Position numbers and translations under genes: made by a program. A DNA stretch of 27,160 bases from a virus (Duplodnaviria > Caudoviricetes). How positions within the stretch are numbered: position 1 is the stretch's first letter; each line of letters opens with the position of its first letter. A model generated the notes under the pieces. The model saw only the letters and a list, made by a program, of their open reading frames with translations, was not told the DNA's origin and ran no database searches. Shown here one piece after another: positions 1-9,047 of the stretch. The stretch spans positions 1 through 27,160 of the IMG/VR virus record IMGVR_UViG_3300036821_000011; one strand, written 5' to 3'.

Positions 1-3000
1 CTGGTTAACCTGACGTAGCGGACCATTAGCGGTAATCGCTACGTAAATATCCTGAGCCGACGTATCAGACTGCGGGGGCCATTCCGCGACGGCGCCCCAG
101 AAACGATAGCCTGAGTACGTAACCCCAGTTGACGATGTGGCATTAATGGATACGCGGATCTGGATACCTTGCTGTATATTCGGATAGAACTGTCCTGCCG
201 TATTGTCTGGCGAGAACGATCCATCCCGGTTGTTCAGCGTCATCTGACACTGGGCTGGCTGCGGGGTCTGCCCTTCTTGGGTGGTGCCCCCTGTGATAGT
301 AACCGTAGCCCTGTCGCCGCCATACACGTAATCCGTGATGTCTGTCCAGGTACCGCCGATGTTTAGCTCGACCAGTAGTCCAATGACGCTAGCCGGGAAG
401 TACGTCGGGTTAGGCGGCGGAGGCGGAGGACCACCCGGCGCAACGATAACCGTGTATGCCTTACTCGCAGTGCTGCCGTTGGCATCCGTGACGGTTAGCG
501 TGAAGTTGTATGTCGTCGCGGTAGTCGGCGTGCCCGACCACGCCCCGGTCGATGAGTTGTACGAGGTACCGGCCGGTACCGCGCCCGATGTCGTTGTCCA
601 GGTAAGCGGCAATGTACCGCCCGACGCCTGAAGGTTCGGAACGGCCGGGGCAACATATGCCGTACCTACAACTCCATTCGGAAGGGTCGCAGTCAGTATT
701 GATACGGCCGGGTTGATAACGATAGTGAACGATTTGGTATTCTGGCTACCGTTGACATCGGTGACCGTGATATTGAAGGTGTAGGTGCCGGCCGTGGTCG
801 CCGTTCCGGACCAGGCTCCGCTGGACGACAAAGTAACACCCGGAGGATGCCCGGAACCGGCCGACCACGTGAACGGCGAGACGCCAGCAGTCTCCGCCAT
901 GCTTGATGCGACATACGGCTGGCCGACCGTGCCCTGCGGCAGCGGGCTAGTCGTCGTGATAGAAGGGCCAGAGAATATCGCCTTGAACGTCGCCAGGACG
1001 CCGCCCCAGCTATTCTGGCCGGTAGAAATAGAGTAAGTCGCGGTAGCAGATTGTACGCCGGCAGCCAGTCCGGTCTTGTACTCAAAGTCAAACAGGGAAG
1101 AACCAGCCGCGTTGGAGCTAGCACGCGACCAGCCGGAGGGAGAGGTCCAAGCACCACCAGGAGTACCCGTATACCAGGCACCCAGGCCCAGGACGCCCAG
1201 GTCGCCTGCCGCGTTAGCCACAGAGGTGGCAGTTGGGCCGATCGAGGTAGAAGGTGTAGAGCCGCTGGACACACCAGCAGGAGCGTCGAGTGCCTGAGTA
1301 GTTCCTGCCGGAGAAGAGAACTCAGACATGCCACCACGGCACAGGACACCGGCAGGCCCAGTGAAGGTGACGTTGTTGATGCTACCCGGATTGTTCGGGT
1401 AATACCATATCTCTACGTCGTTGCCGCCGATAGCAGCCAGAGCATTAACTAGGCTCTGCTCAACCGGCGCGTATATATTGCTCCAGAACTGAGAACCGGC
1501 ACCTACGTTCGGCGGGAGGCCCCAGTAGGTATTAACGTTGAACATGTTCGGGCTAGCCGCGACAAAGGTCACGATACCGTTGAACCAGTTAGTAACGCCA
1601 GGCGGCTCCGCGAGCGCGGTCATCGTCTCAATGATAGCTATCTTGGCGAGCGGGTTGGCGGCGGTGATCGCGTTGTAGAAACCACCGAACCGTACGGTTG
1701 GGGTAACGCTACCCTGAGTAGAGTGCTGATAGCCGTCCATTCCGTAGAAGTCCATCACCGGAACGATCGTGCCCGAGCCTACCGAGGTTGCGGCTATCGC
1801 CGCGCCGCCGATGGTGGCAGCTAGGTTGAACGTACTGCCTGACGAGTTGACTACATAGTAGACCTTGTTCGTTGAAAACCCGGTCGGCGCTGAGCCGGTT
1901 AGGATGACCGAACAGCCATCGCCGCTGCCTGCTGTGCCCCCGCTACCCAGGACGCCACCGGGCGTGAAGACATTCCCGGCAACCGTAAACACGGCTGGGC
2001 TGGCGCTGGTAGACGTGTAGGCATAGCCCGCCTCAACGAATGTGGTGTTAGAGGCTCCGGTGGCGTAGCCGCGCCCGTACCGGATGCCGGGGTTGTTGCG
2101 GTTCTTCAGGGCGATCAGGTAGATGTCCAGCTGCTTGGTTGAAGCAGCCGTAGCTACGTTCTGCACGCCAGGCTCGTGATATGGCATAATCCACGAACCT
2201 GCCGGAGCACCCACCCAGAACGCGATGTGAGCGCTGTCTAGGCTGCCGTTAAGCGTGTTTGTTATGTCCGGTTGGTAGTCCATGATCTGGGTTACCACGT
2301 CGGGCTGGAAGATAGCCGATGGCCAGTGCTGAGGAATACCGAGGGTGATGGTGCCGCCCGTTGCCCCGAGGACGCCGGTACTGGCGTAGGATATGGCAGT
2401 AGTCAGGCCAGTGACGCCAGCCCCGGTCAGGCTGTCAAAGCTGTGGTTACGCTCCCCGGCCGTTACGGAACTGCCACCCGATGATCCCGCCCGGAGCCAT
2501 CCGGCCGGAGCGGTGAATGGACCCGCCGCCGCAGCCTCAACTACCGCGACGAGGAGATTCTTGATAGTCGATGCAGCTGGCATACCACACACGACGCTAC
2601 CGGTCCCCGAGGCAGCCGTTCCGTTCTGCACGTTCGCGAAGCCGGAGCCGGTGATTATGACGGTGAAAGCCTTGTTATTGGTGTTGCCGTTGCCGTCTGT
2701 TACCGTAGCCGTAAAGTTGTAGGTGCCCGCTGTTCCGGCCGTACCGGACAGAACACCAGCCGAGGACAGGGCCAGGCCGGAACTGGTTAGCGATCCACCG
2801 GTAACCGCGTAGGTATAGGTAGGCAGGCCACCCGCTGTGGTTAGCGACTGGCTGTATGCGCTACCCGATGTGCCGTTTGGTAGGCTAGCGTTAGTAGAGA
2901 TCGTAGGCAGGCTAATCTTGAACGTGCCTACTGTAGCACCCCACGCCACAGCCCCGCTCAGCGTACCGCTCGCCCCAATCTTTGCTGTCGATGTGGTGAC

Positions 3001-3561
3001 CACATCAAACTCATTGAGGACGGCCGATAGTGTGACGCTGGCGATAGTCCCGAAGGACGGAGCCGATAGGGTCTGACCAGATCCGTTGCGGATTCCGCCA
3101 AAGGCTAGCTCGCTCGCCTGGGCCAGTAGGCCAGGCGTAAGGTTTGAACTAGGCGTGCTGGTAGAACCGCTAGAAGAGTTCAACTGGTCTACCGTAGCCG
3201 AAGCGATACCGCTAGCTGCCTTGACGAACGCGATCTTGTTTCCAGTGGACGACGGCCAGGTAATAGTTATCGTGTCCGCGGTTGGACTCGTCACCAACGC
3301 ATTACCGCCCGGCGAAGACCAGATATGGACGCGCTGAGTGCCGGCGCCCGGAGTTACCTGTGCGTTATAGACGTTGCCAGCACTATCAATGATGCTAGAC
3401 GGAGGCTCGTTCAGGCCATCTGCGCATATAACGAAAATGGTATCGGTGGCGGGAACCGCGCTGCCCGAGCCTGTTGCGCATGTGCCGACCGTAAGCACAT
3501 GCTGATTGCTACCGGTTCCCGCCGACCCGTTAGCTACGTTATATGCGGCCGAAGTTGCCAT
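1..3561 (-). CDS. Large multidomain minor tail/baseplate protein (partial, >1187 aa): beta-rich modules, three putative Ig domains, GH26-like glycosidase, baseplate-type domain
   Basis: Absent from the ORF track because there is no stop in the window. ATG at 3561 directly follows the tape measure TAG. My manual translation (MATSAAYNVANG...ITANGPLRQVNQ) is open to base 1. Ig-like units (LPxGxxGxxY...SGT..TAGTYxFxxTVTDxNG) lie at ~2907-2652, ~966-712 and ~705-440. Poly-Pro is at 412-429, followed by VELNIGGTWTDIT...TLNNRDGSFSPDN...RFWGAVAEWP, typical of actinophage post-tape-measure proteins. Confidence 0.9.
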   Translation of the reverse strand, partial: MATSAAYNVANGSAGTGSNQHVLTVGTCATGSGSAVPATDTIFVICADGLNEPPSSIIDSAGNVYNAQVTPGAGTQRVHIWSSPGGNALVTSPTADTITITWPSSTGNKIAFVKAASGIASATVDQLNSSSGSTSTPSSNLTPGLLAQASELAFGGIRNGSGQTLSAPSFGTIASVTLSAVLNEFDVVTTSTAKIGASGTLSGAVAWGATVGTFKISLPTISTNASLPNGTSGSAYSQSLTTAGGLPTYTYAVTGGSLTSSGLALSSAGVLSGTAGTAGTYNFTATVTDGNGNTNNKAFTVIITGSGFANVQNGTAASGTGSVVCGMPAASTIKNLLVAVVEAAAAGPFTAPAGWLRAGSSGGSSVTAGERNHSFDSLTGAGVTGLTTAISYASTGVLGATGGTITLGIPQHWPSAIFQPDVVTQIMDYQPDITNTLNGSLDSAHIAFWVGAPAGSWIMPYHEPGVQNVATAASTKQLDIYLIALKNRNNPGIRYGRGYATGASNTTFVEAGYAYTSTSASPAVFTVAGNVFTPGGVLGSGGTAGSGDGCSVILTGSAPTGFSTNKVYYVVNSSGSTFNLAATIGGAAIAATSVGSGTIVPVMDFYGMDGYQHSTQGSVTPTVRFGGFYNAITAANPLAKIAIIETMTALAEPPGVTNWFNGIVTFVAASPNMFNVNTYWGLPPNVGAGSQFWSNIYAPVEQSLVNALAAIGGNDVEIWYYPNNPGSINNVTFTGPAGVLCRGGMSEFSSPAGTTQALDAPAGVSSGSTPSTSIGPTATSVANAAGDLGVLGLGAWYTGTPGGAWTSPSGWSRASSNAAGSSLFDFEYKTGLAAGVQSATATYSISTGQNSWGGVLATFKAIFSGPSITTTSPLPQGTVGQPYVASSMAETAGVSPFTWSAGSGHPPGVTLSSSGAWSGTATTAGTYTFNITVTDVNGSQNTKSFTIVINPAVSILTATLPNGVVGTAYVAPAVPNLQASGGTLPLTWTTTSGAVPAGTSYNSSTGAWSGTPTTATTYNFTLTVTDANGSTASKAYTVIVAPGGPPPPPPNPTYFPASVIGLLVELNIGGTWTDITDYVYGGDRATVTITGGTTQEGQTPQPAQCQMTLNNRDGSFSPDNTAGQFYPNIQQGIQIRVSINATSSTGVTYSGYRFWGAVAEWPPQSDTSAQDIYVAITANGPLRQVNQ

Positions 3562-6500
3562 CTATCCACCTAGCGCAAACTGGACGTCGCCGCCGCCCTT
3601 GACTCGGACATGCTTCATTACCGCGTCTACGATCGCTGCCTCCAGCGTTCCGCGCGGGCCAACCCATTCCAGCTGAAGCTTCTGAGTTCCACCAGCCCTA
3701 CTGCCGATGTATTCAGGGTTGCCGGTCCCGTTGTACATAGGCGGATTCCAGCCGGGGCGGAGCCAGCCGCCGTTGTCCATGAAAGCCTGGTACGCGCCGT
3801 CTACGTACGTAGTCCAGGGCGAGAACGAATGCCCAGCCTGGTCAAACTTGGAAACGGCCGCGAGCGCGTTACGGAAAGGATCGAGCAGCTGGCCATTGAT
3901 GCCCGCCTGCGGTTCGGAGTTGCCGGGGGTGATCTGCCACAGCCCCCACCCGGTGGTGGCGTACGGCTGGCCTGCCTGGACGGCGCGCGGGTTGAACCCG
4001 GACTCGGCGCCGGTGATCGCTGCGGCGATGTGGGCGATGTAGCCGCCCGGACCGCCCGCCTGCATCCAGTAGTTTTCAATAGCGCTCAGCGACGCCCGGC
4101 CGAGCCCGCCCTTTCCGGCGCCGAAGTTCATCGCCGCCGCCGCCTTAGCTGACGACTGGAACTGCTTGATGGCTGCGTGCGCCCACATCAGTTCAGCAGA
4201 TTTGGAAAACTGCGCCCCGGCCCCTGCCATCCACGGAGGCCCGGAAGGAATATTGCCGATACCTCTGCCTGATATATCGCCTGCTATTCCACCACCAGCG
4301 AAGCCGGGAATACCCATAGCCGCGCCGATCGGCTGAATAGTAGGCATCGCCCAGGTCGGTACAATACCCTCGCCCGGCGTTGCGGCGATCAGTACGCTGT
4401 CCCTGCCGGGCGTCCCGCCCGACACGACGCTGCCTTCCTGAGAGAACTTCAGCAAGGCGTGTTCCTTAGCCGTAAGCCCCTGGCTGAACGCGGCTACCTG
4501 GCCATGCGCGCTCGCGACCATCGTGATCGGGATGTTCTTGCCGTGCATCCTGTCAATCTGACCTTGTAGCCCAGGTAGCACGCGCTGCCATAGGTCAGTA
4601 GCCTGGTCCTTGGTCAGATGTAGGCCGCGCTCAGCGAAGGTAACAAACTCAGCTTCGGCATCTTTCGTGTTGCCGGTAAGGCTAAAGAACTGATTCGCCA
4701 GGTGCTGAGCATCCGTCGCTGTTGTCTTGCTGTTCAGGCCGGTTGTCTTTACTGCGGCGTATAGGGCGCTCATCCACTTGGTGCCGCCAGTAGCCGCGAC
4801 AATGGCCGTAGCCATAGCGTTGTTCAGCGTAGTACCGAGCGCGACGCTTAGGTTTCTGACGTCGGTAGTAAGGTTGCCTGCGTGCTTGGTCAGGGTAGTA
4901 ACGATGCCGTCCAGATTCTGCATCGGATGGTGTACGTTACCGACCCATTCACTTAGCGCCTTGAACGAGTCGGCGCCGCGATAACCCCCGCGCTGCGCGA
5001 GCGCGTAAAGTACAGTGGTTAGCTGCGAGCTACCCTTGGCCGCAGGCAACATCGAAGCTACCAGATCTTTGTTCGCCCGCTGTAGCTCGTTTGTCGCCTT
5101 GCTGCCGCCACCAGCCGCCGCCGCCAGGGTAGTCAGGTTGTCCATCTGGTTGTTTGCAGCCTGCGCCGTCGAAACGAAATTCTGCTTCAGGGTAAGCTGC
5201 CGGTTACTGAGCAGGCCAAGACTGCTAGTGTTTATCTTAGCAGCTCTGTCCATGGTAATAAGCGACTGCGAGAAAGAAACCTCGCCAGATATCCCGCCAC
5301 TAATGGTTGAAAGGAATGTGTCCCACGCGTTGTTCAGGTTCCTAGCCTGGGTATTCTGTAGTTCCGTACTGAAGGTGACGGCGTTGATCGCGTTGTTGAG
5401 CATCGGGCCCTTGGCGGTAAGGTTCGTGTACCCGCGAATCAGGTTCTGAACCTTCTGCTCCATAAGCTGGACGCTGTCGCCAGCCCTGACCCCGGCCATG
5501 TCCATGACGCCCAGGGCCTGAGCAAAAGTAAATCCGCCACTAGACGCATGCGTAAGAGAAACGCCTAGCTGCCCAGTACCGGTAACACCTTTTTGAGCGT
5601 AAGTATTCCACTTACCCTGAGCACCGGTAAGATTCCCTATCTCGGTAAATAGGTTCCTCTGGTCCCCCAGGAACTTATTAACAGCGCCGCTCATCAGCGC
5701 CTGGTCATTTTTGTACTGGTTCGCCGCGCTACCAGTCTGCGTAACGAAGTCGTTAACGCCCCGGCCGATGTCCGCGAAGAAGCCTGTGAATGACGCAGGA
5801 TGGCCAATACTGAATGCCTTGGCAAACTCGGACCCCGCCGCACCGATGCTATTCGCTACCCGGTTAATGGTGTTCCCGAAGGAGTCCCATCCCCTGGAGA
5901 TGCTCGACATCGTCGTCGTAGACATACGCTGGTTTAGCTGGCCTATGTCTATGCTTATCTGCTGAATAGCCTGCGACGCGGTAAGGTTGGATAGGCCATT
6001 CTGAAGATTGGCGACGAAGTCCTTTGTGGCCTTGTCAGCCTGAGTTCCCTTGTACGCGAGGTACCCGAACGCAGCCGCGCCTATGGCCGCCCAGCCCCAC
6101 GGAGTCCCGAACAGGGTCCCAAGGATATTCCTGAACTTCAGAGCACTTTGCGCAGACTTAAACTGTGCATCATTAAGGAACCCTAGTGCCCTGACGACGC
6201 GCAGCCCGAACACGTCAACGAACGCAGCACCCCAGATAAGTGCGCCGTGTAGGGCGAGGCCAAACTCAACAATAGGATGAGGAAGCTTAGTGAGCGCGAG
6301 CAGGACATCTGCCGCAGCCTGTACTATGTCGAGCAGGAAGTGCGCAATACCAGGATCTGCTTTGAGCAGGTTACCTAGGGCGAGGCCGACCGTACCTATG
6401 ATATGGCCGAACTGCGTAAGATAACCGATACCATGGTTAAGTAGGGCGCCGAATCCTCCCTGGCTCTTTGTCCATATATCTATCTTCGCGATCCAGTCAT

Positions 6501-7488
6501 CGAAGATCGTAACAACCTGGCTCGCGGTACGGGAGAACACCCCGGTGTTACGGCTTACCGCATTCAGCGCGCCGCCGTACGCCTCAACCGTCTGTGGCGC
6601 CATTGCCTGGGCAATCTTACTAAACTGCCCGCTGAGCGGTCTTATATTGACGCCCAGGGTATTCGCGACGGTATTGACCGACTGAAGATGGAGATAAACG
6701 TCCTGAGCCGCAGGCACCATCGAGGCAATGCCTATTGCTGCCGCAGCTGCCGCTAGCCCGACAGCAACGATTGCCTCGATCATTCCGTCAATAGCCAGGT
6801 GTACCGCGCTAACGGCGCCAATAGTTCCAGCGCCGAAGAAAGCAAATGTTGCGCCGCCGCCTGCGGCGTTGCCCCTGCCTCCGCCTCCCCCGCCGCCACC
6901 GCCTCCGGGCGCGCCCACGAAGGTATGGCTGCCGGCGCCCCCGGCGCCCATACCGGCCGCAAGCCCTAGCGCCGTCGCACCGGCCACCGTTGTCGCGATA
7001 GCCCGGCCTAGGGCGGCTACCGGGGCCCGGTTCCCTAGGCCGATAGCGAGCCCCTGGCCGGCTGCTACGGCTATCGCGTTCGTTACGTCGGCGGTCATGC
7101 CCGAGCCGACGCCCGGATTAACGACTAGGCTAAGCGCAGTGCTCTTGAACTCGTTCTCGATAGTGCTTATCTGCTGGCCAACCTGTGACGTATTGACGTT
7201 GACGTCAAGAAGGTCGGCTAGGCCGTGCTGCTCTATCTTGCGCTTCAGCAGCATCAGCTGGGCATCGATCATGCCTGGCGGTATGTTGATATCGAGTAGG
7301 TCCGCAATCTTCAGCGCGGACATTCTCGACTTGATCTTGGTCAGCGTACCGTCGATGTTCCCGGCAAAGACATCGACGGTTCCAATAGACTGGATAAGAC
7401 GCTTGAGTGCGAGTGCGTCAGCCATCGCCTTAGTGATACCCACACCCGAGTAATCGGTGCGGATCTCAATATCAACGATGTTTGCCAC
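3562..7488 (-). CDS. Tape measure protein with C-terminal lytic transglycosylase (SLT/lysozyme-like) domain
   Basis: 1308 aa, Ala/Gly-rich and helical-looking with hydrophobic stretches, directly after the chaperone genes. The C-terminus has AITGAESGFNPRA...GLWQI...LDPFRNA...FSPWTTY, with the candidate catalytic Glu at 4003-4005. Confidence 0.93.
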   Translation of the reverse strand: MANIVDIEIRTDYSGVGITKAMADALALKRLIQSIGTVDVFAGNIDGTLTKIKSRMSALKIADLLDINIPPGMIDAQLMLLKRKIEQHGLADLLDVNVNTSQVGQQISTIENEFKSTALSLVVNPGVGSGMTADVTNAIAVAAGQGLAIGLGNRAPVAALGRAIATTVAGATALGLAAGMGAGGAGSHTFVGAPGGGGGGGGGGRGNAAGGGATFAFFGAGTIGAVSAVHLAIDGMIEAIVAVGLAAAAAAIGIASMVPAAQDVYLHLQSVNTVANTLGVNIRPLSGQFSKIAQAMAPQTVEAYGGALNAVSRNTGVFSRTASQVVTIFDDWIAKIDIWTKSQGGFGALLNHGIGYLTQFGHIIGTVGLALGNLLKADPGIAHFLLDIVQAAADVLLALTKLPHPIVEFGLALHGALIWGAAFVDVFGLRVVRALGFLNDAQFKSAQSALKFRNILGTLFGTPWGWAAIGAAAFGYLAYKGTQADKATKDFVANLQNGLSNLTASQAIQQISIDIGQLNQRMSTTTMSSISRGWDSFGNTINRVANSIGAAGSEFAKAFSIGHPASFTGFFADIGRGVNDFVTQTGSAANQYKNDQALMSGAVNKFLGDQRNLFTEIGNLTGAQGKWNTYAQKGVTGTGQLGVSLTHASSGGFTFAQALGVMDMAGVRAGDSVQLMEQKVQNLIRGYTNLTAKGPMLNNAINAVTFSTELQNTQARNLNNAWDTFLSTISGGISGEVSFSQSLITMDRAAKINTSSLGLLSNRQLTLKQNFVSTAQAANNQMDNLTTLAAAAGGGSKATNELQRANKDLVASMLPAAKGSSQLTTVLYALAQRGGYRGADSFKALSEWVGNVHHPMQNLDGIVTTLTKHAGNLTTDVRNLSVALGTTLNNAMATAIVAATGGTKWMSALYAAVKTTGLNSKTTATDAQHLANQFFSLTGNTKDAEAEFVTFAERGLHLTKDQATDLWQRVLPGLQGQIDRMHGKNIPITMVASAHGQVAAFSQGLTAKEHALLKFSQEGSVVSGGTPGRDSVLIAATPGEGIVPTWAMPTIQPIGAAMGIPGFAGGGIAGDISGRGIGNIPSGPPWMAGAGAQFSKSAELMWAHAAIKQFQSSAKAAAAMNFGAGKGGLGRASLSAIENYWMQAGGPGGYIAHIAAAITGAESGFNPRAVQAGQPYATTGWGLWQITPGNSEPQAGINGQLLDPFRNALAAVSKFDQAGHSFSPWTTYVDGAYQAFMDNGGWLRPGWNPPMYNGTGNPEYIGSRAGGTQKLQLEWVGPRGTLEAAIVDAVMKHVRVKGGGDVQFALGG

Positions 7489-7492
7489 TCGA

Positions 7493-7729
7493 CTACTCCA
7501 TGTCTTCTAGTCCGTCGTCGTCTCCGCCGTATGCCAGGTTCATGATCGTCATCAGACGAAGTACCTCAACATCCTCCCCTGCAGCTTCGCTGGGCAGGCA
7601 GTGGAACTCCCTGCACACAGCCATGATATTTTCCGCTTCTATCAACTCGGGAGGCTTTCCGACGAATCTCCCAGATTCAGTGATTTCTCCTCCGACTGCC
7701 CTCCATTTTGAGATGGCGGTACCAAAGGG
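7493..7729 (-). CDS. Tail assembly chaperone frameshift extension (T part of a G-T fusion, ~188 aa total)
   Basis: This frame is -1 relative to the chaperone. It is open from the slippery site to a stop just before the tape measure start and reads PFGTAISKW...KPPELIEAE...CREFHCLPSE. Confidence 0.8.
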   Translation of the reverse strand, partial: PFGTAISKWRAVGGEITESGRFVGKPPELIEAENIMAVCREFHCLPSEAAGEDVEVLRLMTIMNLAYGGDDDGLEDME

Positions 7730-8058
7730 TCTGAAATCTGCACCAGACTCATCTGCCACGCAGTCAGAACCTTGGCTATGATCCACCGCTCCTGGCCGAG
7801 TACCCCTTCCTCATTCGCCGGTACCGGCTTGCCTTCCTCGTCTTCTAGGTTCCACGAGACGAGGCGGGACACGAACAACTCGATGATCCAGTCATTGGCC
7901 TGTATGGCTTCTTCATTTAGCCCCAGAACCATTCCGAACCGCATCATCTTGTTGTACTCGCCTACGCTGACCGACCCCATCACAACCTCTAGGCCGGCCA
8001 GGTGCTCGTCGTCTATGAACTTGAGCCGGTACTGCTTCGGCTCAGGCCTAAATCCCAT
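7642..8058 (-). CDS. Tail assembly chaperone (lambda gpG-like), 138 aa
   Basis: Lies between tail tube and tape measure. It has the LVSWNLEDEEGKPVP motif. A strong SD (GAGGAGGT) precedes ATG 8058. An in-frame upstream ATG exists at 8136. Confidence 0.85.
   Translation of the reverse strand: MGFRPEPKQYRLKFIDDEHLAGLEVVMGSVSVGEYNKMMRFGMVLGLNEEAIQANDWIIELFVSRLVSWNLEDEEGKPVPANEEGVLGQERWIIAKVLTAWQMSLVQISDPLVPPSQNGGQSEEKSLNLGDSSESLPS
7723..7729 (-). promoter_or_regulatory. -1 programmed ribosomal frameshift slippery heptamer C CCT TTG
   Basis: Matches X XXY YYZ in the correct phase (GAC CCT TTG, Asp-Pro-Leu). The -1 frame continues to 7493. Confidence 0.8.
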
Positions 8059-8139
8059 TTGTCGTACCTCCTCTACGACAGCCCAGGCAATCCACGCCAC
8101 CCATGCGAGCAGCGTGAACCAGCCCAGGTGCTCCATGTT

Positions 8140-8565
8140 CTAGTTGACGGTCCATGTTGGTGCGTTGCCGTCAAAGCCGGTACCCGGCACCTGCCAGGTT
8201 AGCTCGCCGGTAGCCGCACGAGTGATCTGGTAGTCAGTGAGGATCTGAGTCAGGGTCAGCTTCGGGTTGCCGGTGGTGGTGCCGATCGGGTCGATCTCAA
8301 CCGAGCGGCTGACCGACGTGGAACACACCGTGTTGAATACGGCGTGGCTCATGTTGGCGGCGGTGTTGAAGACGCCGTTGAGCGTCAGGGACGAGTCGCC
8401 AAGCAGCAGGATGCGCTCCTCAGCAAACTTGTCGATACCAGTTACCTGCTCCGTACCTCGCGGGGTACTAAGCGAGTAGTTCGTGCAGTCGTTGCTGATG
8501 GTCTGGAGAACAGATGAGGCATCCGAAACCTTCAGGACACCGCCCAAACCAGTAGTCTTGGCCAT
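8140..8565 (-). CDS. Major tail (tube) protein, 141 aa
   Basis: Immediately upstream of the chaperone. Beta-rich (MAKTTGLG...SLTLNGVFN...LTDYQITRAATGELTW), with tube-like size. Confidence 0.75.
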   Translation of the reverse strand: MAKTTGLGGVLKVSDASSVLQTISNDCTNYSLSTPRGTEQVTGIDKFAEERILLLGDSSLTLNGVFNTAANMSHAVFNTVCSTSVSRSVEIDPIGTTTGNPKLTLTQILTDYQITRAATGELTWQVPGTGFDGNAPTWTVN

Positions 8566-8571
8566 TGTGGT

Positions 8572-9039
8572 TTACCCTCTCTGAGTGATTGATCTCCACC
8601 AGTCGAAGTTTTGCTGCATCTCCTCAACCCAGAATTCAGCCTTTGTATGCTGACGCGGAGGAGAAATGTACTTACGCCAGTCACCGTCGCGCACCACGAA
8701 CAGGGCCGGGCGCTCAAGGGGTATCGTATGCTCCTTTCCAAAGCATTGCTGACCAGGCCCGTAAATGAACTTGTACAGGCCCTCGCCAACGTGCTGCGTT
8801 GTATAGCGACGGGTCTTATCGTGGGTGATGTAATGGTACTGTCTCTGGCCTAGCTCACTACCGACATCGACGGTAGTGACCCAGCCATGGCGATATGCCT
8901 CGCAGCCCGCCTCTTCACATGTCGCCCTACGGCGGTGCGTCTGGCGAGGCATCTTCATGGAGAATGTCCGGTAATCCTTCGGCTCCATATTCGGCTTAAT
9001 GCGACTAGCGTTCAGGTTAACCGCACCGTTCAGATTCAT
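8572..9039 (-). CDS. Tail-region hypothetical protein with Cys/His motif
   Basis: 155 aa, fills the operon. It has CEEAGC and a later C-x3-EH, which could bind zinc. Confidence 0.75.
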   Translation of the reverse strand: MNLNGAVNLNASRIKPNMEPKDYRTFSMKMPRQTHRRRATCEEAGCEAYRHGWVTTVDVGSELGQRQYHYITHDKTRRYTTQHVGEGLYKFIYGPGQQCFGKEHTIPLERPALFVVRDGDWRKYISPPRQHTKAEFWVEEMQQNFDWWRSITQRG

Positions 9040-9047
9040 ATATCCTC

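Noticed and set aside
693-1349. 218-aa minus-strand ORF and other short ORFs in 1-3573
   Set aside because: They are alternative frames or antisense of the continuous 1-3561 tail gene.
6870-6910. GGC/CCG runs here and at 412-429 and ~25688-25718
   Set aside because: They encode Gly or Pro linkers with mixed codons, so they are not phase-variable tracts.
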